A DNA stretch of 64,000 bases from an uncultured delta proteobacterium (GCA_963823335.1 CAWGLD010000001.1:1728001-1792000); one strand, 5' to 3'; positions 22,782 through 33,465 are shown, numbered from the stretch's first letter. The notes: generated by a model not told the origin, from the sequence alone. A program made the numbers and translations.

Positions 22782-23586
22782 CTATTTTCCTTTCATCGCC
22801 GATGCGATGATTTTGTCGTATTCATTACAGTACTCAGGCGCCTCCACCTCATGCAGTATGCCGCGTTCTATGAGATCGGGATTTTCCTGCTTGGCCTTGG
22901 ATCCCTTGGGGGTGGTGTTTTCCTTGTAGGCCGTCATCATGTCCGCTGCCGATCCAGCGCGGTTCCTGCGGCCGAAATAGGTTGGACACTGGGTTAGAAT
23001 TTCCACCACGGAAAAACCTTCGTGCAGGATCGCCTTCTTGATAATTTCTGTCATCTGCTGGACATGATAGGTGGTTGTCCTGGCAACGAATGTGGCACCG
23101 GCTGCCTTGGAAATCTCGGCCACATCGAAAGCGTGATCGATATTGCTGAAGGGGGCTGTGGTGGCCAGGACCCCTAACCCTGAAAGGGGCGAGAACTGGC
23201 CGCCGGTCATGCCGTAGATGCGGTTGTTCATAACGATGGCCGTAATGTCGATATTTCGACGGGCAGCATGAATAAAATGGTTTCCACCGATGGCCAGGGC
23301 ATCACCATCACCCATGGGCACGATCACGTTCAGATTCCGGCAGCCCAAGTTTGACGCCGGTTGCGAAGGCCAGGGCCCGGCCGTGGATGGTGTGCAGGGT
23401 GTGAAAGTCAACATATCCGGATATCCTGGAGGAGCACCCAATACCCGAAACCATCACGATTTCGTTTTTGCTCATGCCGAGCTGCTCGATGGCCCTGAGC
23501 ATGCTGTTCAGAATGATGCCGTGGCCGCAACCCGGGCACCACATGTGCGGGAAAAATCGTTCGCGTAGATAATCTTTAATCGCCAT
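22782..23586 (-). pseudogene. korB: 2-oxoacid:ferredoxin oxidoreductase beta subunit, frameshifted near 23332-23350
   Basis: WCPGCG/SGIGCSS in one frame, GDGDALAIGGNH/NNRIYGMTGGQ in another; one extra base. Confidence 0.85.
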
Positions 23587-23589
23587 GGT

Positions 23590-24738
23590 TTAGGCCCCTT
23601 TACCCTGTACATATCTGAGAATATTGCGAATGTCTGTCGGAGTGATGAATACGCCGTCAACCCGGTTGACTAGGAAGACTCTTTCGGGATTGTCCACGGC
23701 CCTCTTCACGGCTCTCAATATTTGACCCGAGTTTAACTCTACGACGGCGATGGATCTGGCGTTTTTACATTTTTCCCTGACCATCTGATAGGGGAACGGC
23801 CAGAGTGTCTGGAGTTCCAGAAGACCCAGTCGTTCGCCGCGCGGACGCCTGCCCTGCACCACGTGGAGTGCCGAGCGGGCTGCCGAACCGTAGGAGATCA
23901 AAATGCATTCGGCATCCTCCAGAAAGTATTCCTTGTAGCGTGCGATCTGGTTGACATTGTTGGCTATCTTGTCAATGAGATGCCGGTGAAGCCCCTGGAC
24001 CACGGAAGGAACGGAGGATGGAAACCCCCACATGTCGTGATAGAGCCCCGTGACGTTGTAGCGATGAACCCCTCCGAAATCAGACATGGGCAGCCGGCCG
24101 TCTTCTCTGGGGAGGTAAGGGTGGTAATCGACGCCTTCCTTGACCGAGGTTCGAAGTCGTTCGACAATGGGGATATCACCTTCTTCGGGAATAACCAGTT
24201 TTTCCCGCATGTGTCCGATTACCTCGTCAAAAAGAAGGATGACTGGTGTTCGATAGGTTTCGGCAAGATTGAAGGCATCCACGGTTATGGAGAAGACATC
24301 CTGGTGATTGGATGCCGTGAGGGCAATAATCTCGTGGTCACCGTGTGTGCCCCAACGGGCCTGCATGACATCTCCCTGGCCCACGCTGGTGGGCAGGCCG
24401 GTGGATGGACCGCCCCGTTGCACATTGACGATGACACAGGGTATTTCGGTCATGATGGCATAGCCCAGGGCCTCCTGCATCAGTGAAAACCCGGGACCGC
24501 TGGTGGCGGTCATCACCTTTTTACCGGTCAGGGAGGCACCGATGATGGCGGCCATGGATGCGATTTCATCCTCCATCTGAATAAACTTGTCCCCTTGTTG
24601 GGGGAGCCTGCTGGCCAGGTGTTCTGCGATCTCGGTGGAGGGCGTGATAGGATACCCGGCAAAAAAATTGAGCCCCGCGTAAAGGGCTGCCTCCACGCAC
24701 ACCTCGTTGCCCTGGATGAACTTTATCTTTGGGTCCAT
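23590..24738 (-). CDS. korA: 2-oxoacid:ferredoxin oxidoreductase alpha subunit
   Basis: AGYPITPSTE, QMEDEI, TATSGPG, QRGGPSTG. Confidence 0.93.
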   Translation of the reverse strand: MDPKIKFIQGNEVCVEAALYAGLNFFAGYPITPSTEIAEHLASRLPQQGDKFIQMEDEIASMAAIIGASLTGKKVMTATSGPGFSLMQEALGYAIMTEIPCVIVNVQRGGPSTGLPTSVGQGDVMQARWGTHGDHEIIALTASNHQDVFSITVDAFNLAETYRTPVILLFDEVIGHMREKLVIPEEGDIPIVERLRTSVKEGVDYHPYLPREDGRLPMSDFGGVHRYNVTGLYHDMWGFPSSVPSVVQGLHRHLIDKIANNVNQIARYKEYFLEDAECILISYGSAARSALHVVQGRRPRGERLGLLELQTLWPFPYQMVREKCKNARSIAVVELNSGQILRAVKRAVDNPERVFLVNRVDGVFITPTDIRNILRYVQGKGA

Positions 24739-24809
24739 TGTTGCCCCTTTTTTTATTTTCGCGTCATGAAAAATCTGGTTCTATGGGCCAGGTCAAAATC
24801 ATGCGGCTG

Positions 24810-24888
24810 TTGAAGAACCTGGCTATTTTCGATTCGTTTGCTAACCCCACGGCAGGTTACAGGGAATATGCCAGCTATTGGGGTTCAA
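24810..24888 (-). repeat. Degenerate TTGAACC..TTCAA palindromic element overlapping korD stop
   Basis: Minus strand TTGAACCCCAATAGCTGGCATATTCCCTG...GGGGTTAGCAAACGAATC...GGTTCTTCAA. Confidence 0.7.
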
Positions 24889-25084
24889 CAATTACCTCGA
24901 TAGCAAGGTCCGGACACCGCAGTTCACAGAGTTTACAGCAGATGCAGTCTTGAGGACGGGCAGCCACAACTTTGTCGCTATCATCGAGTTCCAGGACCTT
25001 TTTGGGGCAGAAATGAACACAGATGCCGCATCCCTTGCACCATTCCCTGTTGATGATGTGTTCTTTGAGTTTGGGTTTTGGCAT
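24875..25084 (-). CDS. korD: 2x[4Fe-4S] ferredoxin, delta subunit
   Basis: CKGCGICVHFCP and CICCKLCELRCP. Confidence 0.9.
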   Translation of the reverse strand: MPKPKLKEHIINREWCKGCGICVHFCPKKVLELDDSDKVVAARPQDCICCKLCELRCPDLAIEVIVEPQ

Positions 25085-25337
25085 ATGGATTCCCTTGACA
25101 ATCGCGACTCAGGCGGTAAACAGATGGCGTCACGGTTTATTATAATTTTTTACCAATATGTTAATCGGCAAATTACTGCCAGATAGAAGCATGGTTGTTC
25201 AATCCCAATCCCTATGACCCAGAATCCACGCTTCTATTTGAATATTGATTTTGAGGACTATTGTCAATATGATAGAAAAAAAATCGAAGTTCAGTGATTG
25301 CCGAGCTTGTCGCAGCTACAAGGAACATGTTGTAATC

Positions 25338-26342
25338 ATGAAAAAAACCATCGCGATCATAGCCATTCTCGTTCTCGGTACCGCTGCACTGCTGGGGATC
25401 CCGGCCTGGAACGTCTTTGATTATGCCGCCCAACCTTCAGGGAACGATATTTCCGAAAAATTAATCACTGTGTTGCCGGGGCAGCATTTCAAGATGATTG
25501 CGCATCAGCTGGCGAGTTCTGGAATTATTACGGATTCCATAAGGTTCAAACTGTTTGCGCGATTCAAGGGCTATGACAAGCGCATCAAGGCCGGCGAGTA
25601 CAGACTTTCAGCCGCTCTTTCCCCGAAGCAGATCCTGGAAATCATGGTCAGCGGAAAGGTTGCCCTTTACAGGATTACCATCCCGGAGGGGTACAACCTG
25701 GTCCAGATCGCCGACATCGTCTCGAAAATGGGTCTGGCAGAAGCAGCGGGGTTTATCCGGTCCGCCACTGACCCAGAAGTTGTCAATGCACTGGGGTTGG
25801 AGACTGGTTCGTTGGAAGGATATCTGTTTCCGGACACCTATCATTTCCCCAAAGGATTGCCCCTGGATGAGATCATGGGCACCATGGTGAATCGATTTTG
25901 GGATATATTTTCAACAGAGTGGCGGGAGCGGGCCCGGCAGATGGATATGAGTGTGCATCAGGTCGTCACCCTGGCATCTATTATCGAAAAAGAGACCGGT
26001 GCGGCATTTGAACGCCCGTTGGTTGCCTCGGTTTTTCACAACCGACTGGTAAAGGGGATGCGTCTGTCAAGTGATCCGACGGTGATATACGGCATCAAAG
26101 ATTTCGATGGCAACCTGACCAGAAAGCATTTAACAACGCTGACTCCCTATAACACCTACCTGAACAAGGGCCTGCCCCCGGGACCCATCGCCAATCCAGG
26201 TCTTGCATCCCTGGAGGCGGCATTGTATCCAGCCGAAACCGATTATTTGTATTTTGTCTCGAAAAAAGACAGTACCCACCACTTTTCCACCACGTTCGAG
26301 GAACATAGCCGGGCGGTGAGAAAGTATCAGTTAAAAAAATAA
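25338..26342 (+). CDS. mltG: Endolytic transglycosylase MltG
   Basis: TIPEG, LEGYLFPDTY, LASIIEKE, NRL..GMRLSSDPTVIY, PPGPIANPG. Confidence 0.95.
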   Translation: MKKTIAIIAILVLGTAALLGIPAWNVFDYAAQPSGNDISEKLITVLPGQHFKMIAHQLASSGIITDSIRFKLFARFKGYDKRIKAGEYRLSAALSPKQILEIMVSGKVALYRITIPEGYNLVQIADIVSKMGLAEAAGFIRSATDPEVVNALGLETGSLEGYLFPDTYHFPKGLPLDEIMGTMVNRFWDIFSTEWRERARQMDMSVHQVVTLASIIEKETGAAFERPLVASVFHNRLVKGMRLSSDPTVIYGIKDFDGNLTRKHLTTLTPYNTYLNKGLPPGPIANPGLASLEAALYPAETDYLYFVSKKDSTHHFSTTFEEHSRAVRKYQLKK

Positions 26343-26382
26343 ATTCGCCTCGGCGATTTTATTTTAAAGCGGCGTTGCCGCT
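26339..26382 (+). repeat. Double-hairpin repeat at mltG stop
   Basis: ATAAATTCG-CCTCGG-CGATTTTAT...GCGGC-GTT-GCCGCT. Confidence 0.75.
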
Positions 26383-26473
26383 TTTTTTTAATAAGACTGG
26401 ACAATTTTTCCAAACGAATTGAGGGAAGAACCATTACCTTTAACAGCTTATAGTTTAAAGCGAAACCTCTTGG

Positions 26474-27475
26474 ATGATCTCAATGAAATTGACGGACGAA
26501 CAGATGGCAGGGCAGCGGTTGATGGTTGGGTTTGACGGCAACGACCTGAGTACGGATGTGAAATTTCTAATCAGGGACCTGCATGTGGGTGGCCTAATCC
26601 TCTTTCGGCGCAACATTGCAGAACCGGAACAGGTTCGGCATCTGTGCCTTTCTTCCCAGGAATATGCAAGATCGTGCGGAGAGCCGGCCCTGTTTATTGC
26701 CATTGACCAGGAGGGAGGAACCGTTGCCAGACTGAAGAGCCCCTTCACGGAATTTTCCGGCAATGTGCACATGAAGGGGACCCAGGACGCTGTCTCCTTT
26801 GCCAGGGTATCGGCCAAAGAGCTCCGGGATGTGGGCATCAACATGAATATGGCCCCGGTCCTGGATGTGGCCGTTGATCCCCGGGTCAGTATCATGAAAG
26901 ATCGTGCTTTCGGGTCTGATCCGGAATGGGTGTCCCGTCTTGGGATGGCCGTGATTCAGCACCTTCAGGAAGGGGGCGTCATGTCGGTTGCCAAACACTT
27001 TCCCGGGATCGGCAGGACCACGCTCGACTCCCATATGGATCTTCCTTTTCTGGAAACCGATGCCCAGGATCTAACTGCCATCGATCTTGCTCCGTTTCAG
27101 GATGCCATTGATAATGGTGTGGCCGGTATGATGCTTTCCCACATCTGCTACCGTTCCCTGGACGACCAGATGCCGGCCAGTCTGTCGAAGAAGATTGCCC
27201 GGGACCTCCTGAGGCATCGTCTGGGGTATGATGGCGTGGTCATGACCGACGATCTGGATATGGGTGCCATCAAAAAACACCATGATGTGCAAGCATCCAT
27301 GCAGAAAATTCTGGCTGCCGAGATTGACATTGCCCTGATCTGCCACCGCAGTCCGGATATGGAAACGGCTTTCGAAACCATCCGGTCGTTTCAGTCCACG
27401 TCACCAACGAATAGAAGATTGGGTGAGCAATCAGTGCGACGGATCATGGCCTTGAAGAAAAGGTATCTGGCCTAA
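26474..27475 (+). CDS. nagZ: Beta-N-acetylhexosaminidase (GH3)
   Basis: IDQEGG, APVLD, KHFPG...DSH, TDDLDMGA. Confidence 0.93.
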   Translation: MISMKLTDEQMAGQRLMVGFDGNDLSTDVKFLIRDLHVGGLILFRRNIAEPEQVRHLCLSSQEYARSCGEPALFIAIDQEGGTVARLKSPFTEFSGNVHMKGTQDAVSFARVSAKELRDVGINMNMAPVLDVAVDPRVSIMKDRAFGSDPEWVSRLGMAVIQHLQEGGVMSVAKHFPGIGRTTLDSHMDLPFLETDAQDLTAIDLAPFQDAIDNGVAGMMLSHICYRSLDDQMPASLSKKIARDLLRHRLGYDGVVMTDDLDMGAIKKHHDVQASMQKILAAEIDIALICHRSPDMETAFETIRSFQSTSPTNRRLGEQSVRRIMALKKRYLA

Positions 27476-27500
27476 GATGAGCATTTCAATTTTTAAAATA

Positions 27501-27543
27501 AGCGACGAACGTCGCGTCAGATAAAATCGTTTTACGATGTTAT
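27501..27543 (-). repeat. Double-hairpin repeat at tsaD stop
   Basis: Minus strand ATAACATCGT-AAA-ACGATTTTAT-CTGAC-GCGAC-GTTC-GTCGCT. Confidence 0.75.
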
Positions 27544-28530
27544 TCGTGAGTACACATCGCTGTCCAATTGGGAGGTGTGGCCCTGGATTAGATGGTGATA
27601 ACCGGCAGCGGCAATCATGGCGGCATTGTCACCGCAGAGGCTCAAGGGAGGGATGTGAACGGTTATTCCTTTTTCCTTTGCCGTTGTTTCTATTTTATTT
27701 CTCAGGTTTGTGTTGGCGGCAACCCCCCCCACAACGGCCACGTGCCGGCAATCCATTTTTTCAGCTGCGGCAAAAAGTTTGAAGGAGAGGACATCCACCA
27801 CTGAGGCCTGGAACCCGGCCGCGATGTCCGGGATTTCCTGGCTCAGATGCTGCAGGTTCTTTTCGATATATCGACGCACGCCCGTCTTTAGACCGCTGAA
27901 ACTGAAGTCGAATTCGTTTTTATCGAGATAGGCTCGTTTGAAGAAAATTTTTTCGGGATCTCCCTTCCGGGCTACCTCATTGATGATTTTTCCTCCTGGG
28001 TAGCCGAGATCAAGCATTTTGGAGACCTTGTCAAAGGCTTCGCCGGCTGCATCATCTCGTGTCTGACCCATTAAAGCCCATGTGGTGTGCGAGGTGACAT
28101 GGTAAACAGCCGTGTGCCCCCCTGATGCCAGGAGTGCGATAAAGGGAAAGGGGGGAGGTGTCCGGGTGAGAAAAACTGAATTGATATGCCCTTCCAGGTG
28201 GTTGATGCCTATCCAGGGTATACTTAGGGCATAGGCAAATGCTTTGGCAAAAGAGAATCCGACCAGAAGGGATCCCACCAGACCGGGTCCCTGGGTGACA
28301 GCTATGCCATCCAACTGGGGGGTTGTGATTCCGGCCGACTGGATGGCCTCGTCCACCACCGGCACGATAGACTCGATGTGTTTGCGGGAGGCCAGTTCGG
28401 GTACGACCCCGCCATAGGGGCTGTGGAGCTTGACCTGGGATGCCACGATGGAGGAAAGAATTCGATTGCCGTCCTCAAGAATTGCTGCCGCAGTTTCGTC
28501 ACAGGATGATTCAATGCCGAGTGTGATCAT
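27532..28530 (-). CDS. tsaD: tRNA t6A threonylcarbamoyltransferase
   Basis: LGIESSCDET, GGVVPELASRKH, HLEGH, DDAAGEAFDK, DNAAMIA. Confidence 0.97.
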   Translation of the reverse strand: MITLGIESSCDETAAAILEDGNRILSSIVASQVKLHSPYGGVVPELASRKHIESIVPVVDEAIQSAGITTPQLDGIAVTQGPGLVGSLLVGFSFAKAFAYALSIPWIGINHLEGHINSVFLTRTPPPFPFIALLASGGHTAVYHVTSHTTWALMGQTRDDAAGEAFDKVSKMLDLGYPGGKIINEVARKGDPEKIFFKRAYLDKNEFDFSFSGLKTGVRRYIEKNLQHLSQEIPDIAAGFQASVVDVLSFKLFAAAEKMDCRHVAVVGGVAANTNLRNKIETTAKEKGITVHIPPLSLCGDNAAMIAAAGYHHLIQGHTSQLDSDVYSRITS

Positions 28531-28757
28531 GATGAAAAAATCGTGTAATAAAGTTTATACGCGTGCGTTAGCGTCTATTCCTGTGATCTTGTTTCTTTGT
28601 GCTGGCCACCTGCCCGGTGCCCGGTACTTTTGCTGTTCAACTGCGGCAAACAGCGCCTCGACGCTGACCGTTCGCGAGCCATGTCAGAAATCGCCGACAT
28701 GGGGTTTGGAGGGTATGGCGCCAGAGCCACCCTGGACGAAAAGAGCGCTTAACGGGG

Positions 28758-29801
28758 TTATGCCCATACGATCCGGTCTGTACCTGCTTTTCGATCGACA
28801 ATTTCTCCAATGAAATAGGCCTTTTCGTCCATGGCGTTGATGCGTTCAAAAACATCCTGGGCTGAGTTTTCCGGCACAATCGCGATCATCCCCAGACCGT
28901 TGTTGAATGTGTGTTTCATTTCCTTGTCTTCGACACCGCCGGCTTCCTTTAGAAAGGTGAAGATGGGCGGAATTTCCCAGCTGTTTTCCTTGATGATGAT
29001 ACCGCAGGCTTCGGGAATGATTCGGACTAGATTGTCTTCGAAACCGCCTCCCGTGATATGACAGAGTCCGTTAATCGGCAAGTCCCGCGATATGCTCAGG
29101 AGGGTTTCGGTATATATTCTGGTGGGTGTCAACAGTTCTTCGGCCAGGGTTTTACCCAGTTCGGGCAGGTACTCATCCAGATTCATTTTGAGCATATCGA
29201 AACAGATTTTTCGTACCAGGGAATACCCATTGCTGTGCAGGCCGCTGGAAGCGATGCCGATGAGCTGGTTTCCGACCCGTATATCAGATCCGTCGATGAT
29301 TTTGTCATTGTCCACGACACCGACGGTGAATCCGGCAAGATCATATTCGTTCTCCTGGTACATTCCGGGCATTTCCGCGGTTTCACCACCTATGAGGGCG
29401 CAATTGGCAATTTTGCAGCCATCACCGATACCGGTAATGATTGCCATGGCAGTGGTATTGTCGAGTTTGCCCATGGAGATGTAATCGAGGAAGAATAGCG
29501 GCTTGGCACCCTGAACGGCAATGTCGTTGACACACATGGCTACCAGGTCGATTCCAATGGTGTCGTGTTTTCCCGTGAGAAAGGCGATCTTGAGCTTGGT
29601 CCCCACGCCATCGGTGGAGCTAACCAGTACAGGTCTATTTAAGTTGTCAAGGTTCAGGGAGTACATGCTGCCAAATCCGCCGATGTCACTGAGGACGTTG
29701 GACTTGAATGTACTTCTGGCAATTTTTTTTATCTGGCCTACCAGTGTGTTGGCCTTGTCGATATCAACACCGGCATCGGCATATGTGAGTGGTTTTTTCA
29801 T
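28758..29801 (-). CDS. purM: AIR synthase
   Basis: YADAGVDI, DGVGTKL, GGETAEMPG, SSGLHSNG, HITGGG. Confidence 0.97.
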   Translation of the reverse strand: MKKPLTYADAGVDIDKANTLVGQIKKIARSTFKSNVLSDIGGFGSMYSLNLDNLNRPVLVSSTDGVGTKLKIAFLTGKHDTIGIDLVAMCVNDIAVQGAKPLFFLDYISMGKLDNTTAMAIITGIGDGCKIANCALIGGETAEMPGMYQENEYDLAGFTVGVVDNDKIIDGSDIRVGNQLIGIASSGLHSNGYSLVRKICFDMLKMNLDEYLPELGKTLAEELLTPTRIYTETLLSISRDLPINGLCHITGGGFEDNLVRIIPEACGIIIKENSWEIPPIFTFLKEAGGVEDKEMKHTFNNGLGMIAIVPENSAQDVFERINAMDEKAYFIGEIVDRKAGTDRIVWA

Positions 29802-30046
29802 CTTGATAATCGCTTTCTCCTGGTCCTGTCAGTCAGGATACGGATGTTTGCACACCTGCGAATTGCCCTTTTACGATTGCCGATATTCCTGAAATCGGCT
29901 GTGGCGATGGGTCGATTTATGTATGCTGATAAATTGGAAATCTAATCCGCAGGCGTCTAAAAGTCAAAACAAATTTTTGGTCTTGTCCTGGACTGTTAGG
30001 ATTTTAAATCTTGACTTGTGGCTGGAAAGCTAAGAAAGTAGCTATT

Positions 30047-30098
30047 TCGAACCGCTACAATGAGCGCATTCCCCGTGGCTTGTTGCGGGGTTCTTCAG
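30047..30098 (+). repeat. 52-bp short copy of palindromic element in the hom leader
   Basis: TCGAACCGCTACAATGAGCGCATTCCCCGTGGCTTGTTGCGGGGTTCTTCAG. Confidence 0.75.
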
Positions 30099-30132
30099 TA
30101 GAAAAACATTATTTCCGGTTTGTCCGGGCAGG

Positions 30133-31461
30133 GTGATACAAATGAGAAAGTCTATACAAATAGGTCTGCTGGGCTTGGGAACGGTGGGCACCGGTGTCGT
30201 CAGGATGTTGAGGGAAAACAAGGAGATCCTGGAGGCGCGTGTGGGTATGCCCCTGAAGTTAAAATATATCGCCGATATCGATCTTGAAAGGGACCGGGGT
30301 CTTCAACTGGACAAATCCATACTGACGTCGGATGCCTTTCAGGTGGTAAATGATCCGGAAGTGGACATTGTTGTCGAGATGATCGGTGGAGAGGGTATTG
30401 CAAGGGCATTGATTCTGAAAGCCCTGGAAAACAGGAAGCAGGTCGTTACCGCAAACAAGGCCCTCCTGGCCAAGCATGGCAACCAGTTGTTCAAAAACGC
30501 CATGGACAGCGGTGTGGACCTGGCCTATGAAGCGAGTGTGGGTGGCTGTATGCCCATCATCAAAACGTTACGGGAGTCGCTGGTGGGGAACCGTATTCAG
30601 TCCATGACAGGCATCCTGAACGGCACCTGCAATTACATCTTGTCCAAGATTACCGACGAAGGTATCGAATTTGATGCCGCCCTGGCCAAAGCTAAAGCCA
30701 ACGGCTATGCCGAAGCCGATCCGACATTGGATGTTGAGGGGTTTGACACCGCCCATAAACTGGCGATATTGACATCCCTGGGGTACGGTATGGAGATCAA
30801 CTTCGACGATATCTATATCGAGGGTATTTCCAAAATAACACCGCTGGACATCGCATTTGCAGGGCAGTTCGGCTACCGTATCAAACTTCTGGCCATCACC
30901 AAGGCCGGTGACAATACGGTAGAGGCGCGCGTGCACCCGGCCATGATACCCTTTGACAATCTTTTGTCGAATGTCAACAGCACGTTGAATGCCATCACCG
31001 TTACGGCCGATGCCGTGGGTGATATCCTTTTATACGGGCATGGTGCTGGTATGATGCCGACGGCCAGTGCCGTTGTCGGCGATATCGTGGACATTTCCCG
31101 GAACCTCCTGATGAACGCCAGCGGGCGTGTGCCCCTGATGTCTTACCAAATGGATCGAGTAAAACGGATTCCGGTGACACCTATCAGGGATATCACTACC
31201 CATTATTATTTTCGGTTTTTCGCCCAGGACAAGCCCGGGGTCTTATCCACCATCTCCGGAATTCTAGGCAAACACGGTATCAGTCTCAAGTCGGTGAATC
31301 AAAAGGGGCGTAAGACAGAAGGATCCGTGCCAGTTGTCATGCTGTCGCATCTGGCCCGGGAAGAGGACGTCCAGAATGCCCTGGCAGAGATAAAGGTTCT
31401 GGATGTTGTCAGCCGGGCACCCATGCTTATTCGTATCGAGGATGACAACTACGAAGAATGA
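30133..31461 (+). CDS. hom: Homoserine dehydrogenase with ACT domain
   Basis: GLGTVG, TANKALLA, EASVGG, GILNGT, AEADPTLDV. Confidence 0.96.
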   Translation: MIQMRKSIQIGLLGLGTVGTGVVRMLRENKEILEARVGMPLKLKYIADIDLERDRGLQLDKSILTSDAFQVVNDPEVDIVVEMIGGEGIARALILKALENRKQVVTANKALLAKHGNQLFKNAMDSGVDLAYEASVGGCMPIIKTLRESLVGNRIQSMTGILNGTCNYILSKITDEGIEFDAALAKAKANGYAEADPTLDVEGFDTAHKLAILTSLGYGMEINFDDIYIEGISKITPLDIAFAGQFGYRIKLLAITKAGDNTVEARVHPAMIPFDNLLSNVNSTLNAITVTADAVGDILLYGHGAGMMPTASAVVGDIVDISRNLLMNASGRVPLMSYQMDRVKRIPVTPIRDITTHYYFRFFAQDKPGVLSTISGILGKHGISLKSVNQKGRKTEGSVPVVMLSHLAREEDVQNALAEIKVLDVVSRAPMLIRIEDDNYEE

Positions 31462-31495
31462 GAATAAAGTGTTGAAAAGAAAGGAATCGAACTTA

Positions 31496-32116
31496 ATGAT
31501 GAAAATCATTTGTGCGGACATGGAAGGTATTTTTACGCCTGAAATTTGGATTCGGGTTGCCAAGAAAACCGGCATCGAGGAGTTGAAACTGACCACCCGG
31601 GATATATCCGACTACGATGTGCTGATGAAAAAACGCCTGGGGATTCTGGCTGAAAACGGTCTCAAACTGAAAGATATCACGGATGTCATCGAGACCATGG
31701 ATCCTCTCGAGGGTGCATTGGATTTTCTAAACTGGGCCCGGGAGCGGACCCAGATCGTTGTCGTGTCCGACACCTATGTTGAATTTGCGCGGCCTCTTTT
31801 GCGAAAGCTGGGTTGGCCCACGCTTTTCTGCAACACCCTGACCATTTCACCGGAGGGGGACATTTCCGGTTACAACCTGCGTCAGAAGGACGGCAAGCGT
31901 CAGACGGTGCTGAGCCTGAGACGTCTCAACTACCACATCCTGGCCGTAGGCGACTCCTACAATGATATCACCATGCTCAAGGAAGCGGATGCGGGCGTGC
32001 TATTCAAGCCCCCCGAAAACGTCAGGAGCGAGTATCCGGAACTGCCCGCAACGTACAATTATGACGAACTGAAAGAGGTCATGGGACCGCTTCTGGCCGA
32101 GGGCACCAATGCATAA
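31496..32116 (+). CDS. thrH: Phosphoserine phosphatase/homoserine phosphotransferase
   Basis: DMEG...PEIW, TTRD..DYDVLM, GDSYND. Confidence 0.92.
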   Translation: MMKIICADMEGIFTPEIWIRVAKKTGIEELKLTTRDISDYDVLMKKRLGILAENGLKLKDITDVIETMDPLEGALDFLNWARERTQIVVVSDTYVEFARPLLRKLGWPTLFCNTLTISPEGDISGYNLRQKDGKRQTVLSLRRLNYHILAVGDSYNDITMLKEADAGVLFKPPENVRSEYPELPATYNYDELKEVMGPLLAEGTNA

Positions 32117-32558
32117 TGGTAAAGGGGATGGGAGAGTGGGAGTGTCCGTGAAATCCCATCGAACTGAATACCGTGTTATCTACGGTGACACAGACAACAT
32201 GGGGGTGGCATACCATGCCAATTACCTGCGCTGGTTCGAGATCGGCAGAGCCGAACTGTTCAGGTCACTTGGCATGACCTATAAGTCCATCGAGGAGAAG
32301 GGCTATTTCCTGCCGGTGTCCGAGGTTTACTGCAAGTTCGTCGATTCGGCCCGGTATGACGACCTTATTGTCATCGAAACGGCCGTGGACAGCAGTCTGC
32401 GGGCAGGGATGAAATTCAATTACCGGATCCTGCGCAAAGATGATGAGACCAGGCTGGTTCAGGGTTTCACCAAGCATGCCTATGTGGATCGCAGCGGTCG
32501 CGTGATCCGCCCGCCCCGGTTTATAACCGACATCCTGAAGCAGTACGATTTTTTTTAA
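32109..32558 (+). CDS. YbgC-family acyl-CoA thioesterase
   Basis: RVIYGDTDNMGVAYHANYLRWFE. Confidence 0.9.
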   Translation: MHNGKGDGRVGVSVKSHRTEYRVIYGDTDNMGVAYHANYLRWFEIGRAELFRSLGMTYKSIEEKGYFLPVSEVYCKFVDSARYDDLIVIETAVDSSLRAGMKFNYRILRKDDETRLVQGFTKHAYVDRSGRVIRPPRFITDILKQYDFF

Positions 32559-32738
32559 CCGACCTTACCGCATCAACTGTGTTGTGGACCATTCGCGGTA
32601 GAGGACTACAGCTTCATGGTCCGATGCCTTGCGGCTGCGCAAACCTCGGTTAAAAAAGGAACACATCAAATCATTTTCTATATGTGTTAAACTTTCTAAT
32701 TGCTCATAGCTTTCCGTTTAAAGCTTCAAGGAGGATCC

Positions 32739-33053
32739 ATGTTGAAGATTGATGAAGACAAGAACGGTCTGAAATTCAACATATACGTACAACCCAGGTC
32801 CAGCCGAAACCAGGTTGTGGGGCTGCACGGGGATGCCCTTAAGGTGAAAATCAAGGCGCCGCCTGTGGAAGGGGCTGCCAATAAGATGTGTATCGCTGTT
32901 CTGGCAAAGACCCTGAACGTTTCCAAATCTGCCATCGAGATTGTTTCCGGGCAGACCTCAAGGACCAAGCGCGTTCAGGTTTGCAGGGAGAAAGACAGGG
33001 ATTTCCGTGAAGAAACCGAGCGCCTTAAACAGGTTGTCCAGTCGTTGGGTTAG
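32739..33053 (+). CDS. DUF167/YggU family protein
   Basis: VQPRSSR, LKVKIKAPPVEGAAN, GQTSRTK; RBS AGGAGG. Confidence 0.9.
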   Translation: MLKIDEDKNGLKFNIYVQPRSSRNQVVGLHGDALKVKIKAPPVEGAANKMCIAVLAKTLNVSKSAIEIVSGQTSRTKRVQVCREKDRDFREETERLKQVVQSLG

Positions 33054-33068
33054 ATTTTTTATGATGGG

Positions 33069-33111
33069 AGCGACAACGTCGCAAATTTTAAAATCGAGAT
33101 AGCGATTTTAT
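33069..33111 (-). repeat. Double-hairpin repeat
   Basis: Minus strand ATAAAATCG-CTATCT-CGATTTTAAAATTT-GCGAC-GTT-GTCGCT. Confidence 0.7.
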
Positions 33112-33121
33112 TGGAATTGCC

Positions 33122-33150
33122 TTGACACCGACATGTTTCAGTAATATATT
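33122..33150 (+). promoter_or_regulatory. Sigma70 promoter of tRNA-fMet
   Basis: TTGACA-N17-TATATT. Confidence 0.7.
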
Positions 33151-33166
33151 CCTCTTTTACAAATGA

Positions 33167-33243
<77 letters not shown>

Positions 33244-33465
33244 ACAAAATCAAAGGGTTACGATCGATAAGTCGTAATCCTTTTTTAGTTTGCTACCCTA
33301 TTGCTACCCAGGTGCGATTTTTTACAATTCCATACTTCCACAACTACCTAAGACAACCTGCTTATATTATAAAGAAATCAATGCTATATTGAAAATTTAC
33401 ATAATTTCGTTTAATATGAGGAAAGGAGCTTACAACCTGGAGGCTTAAACACATCAATAATGAGG

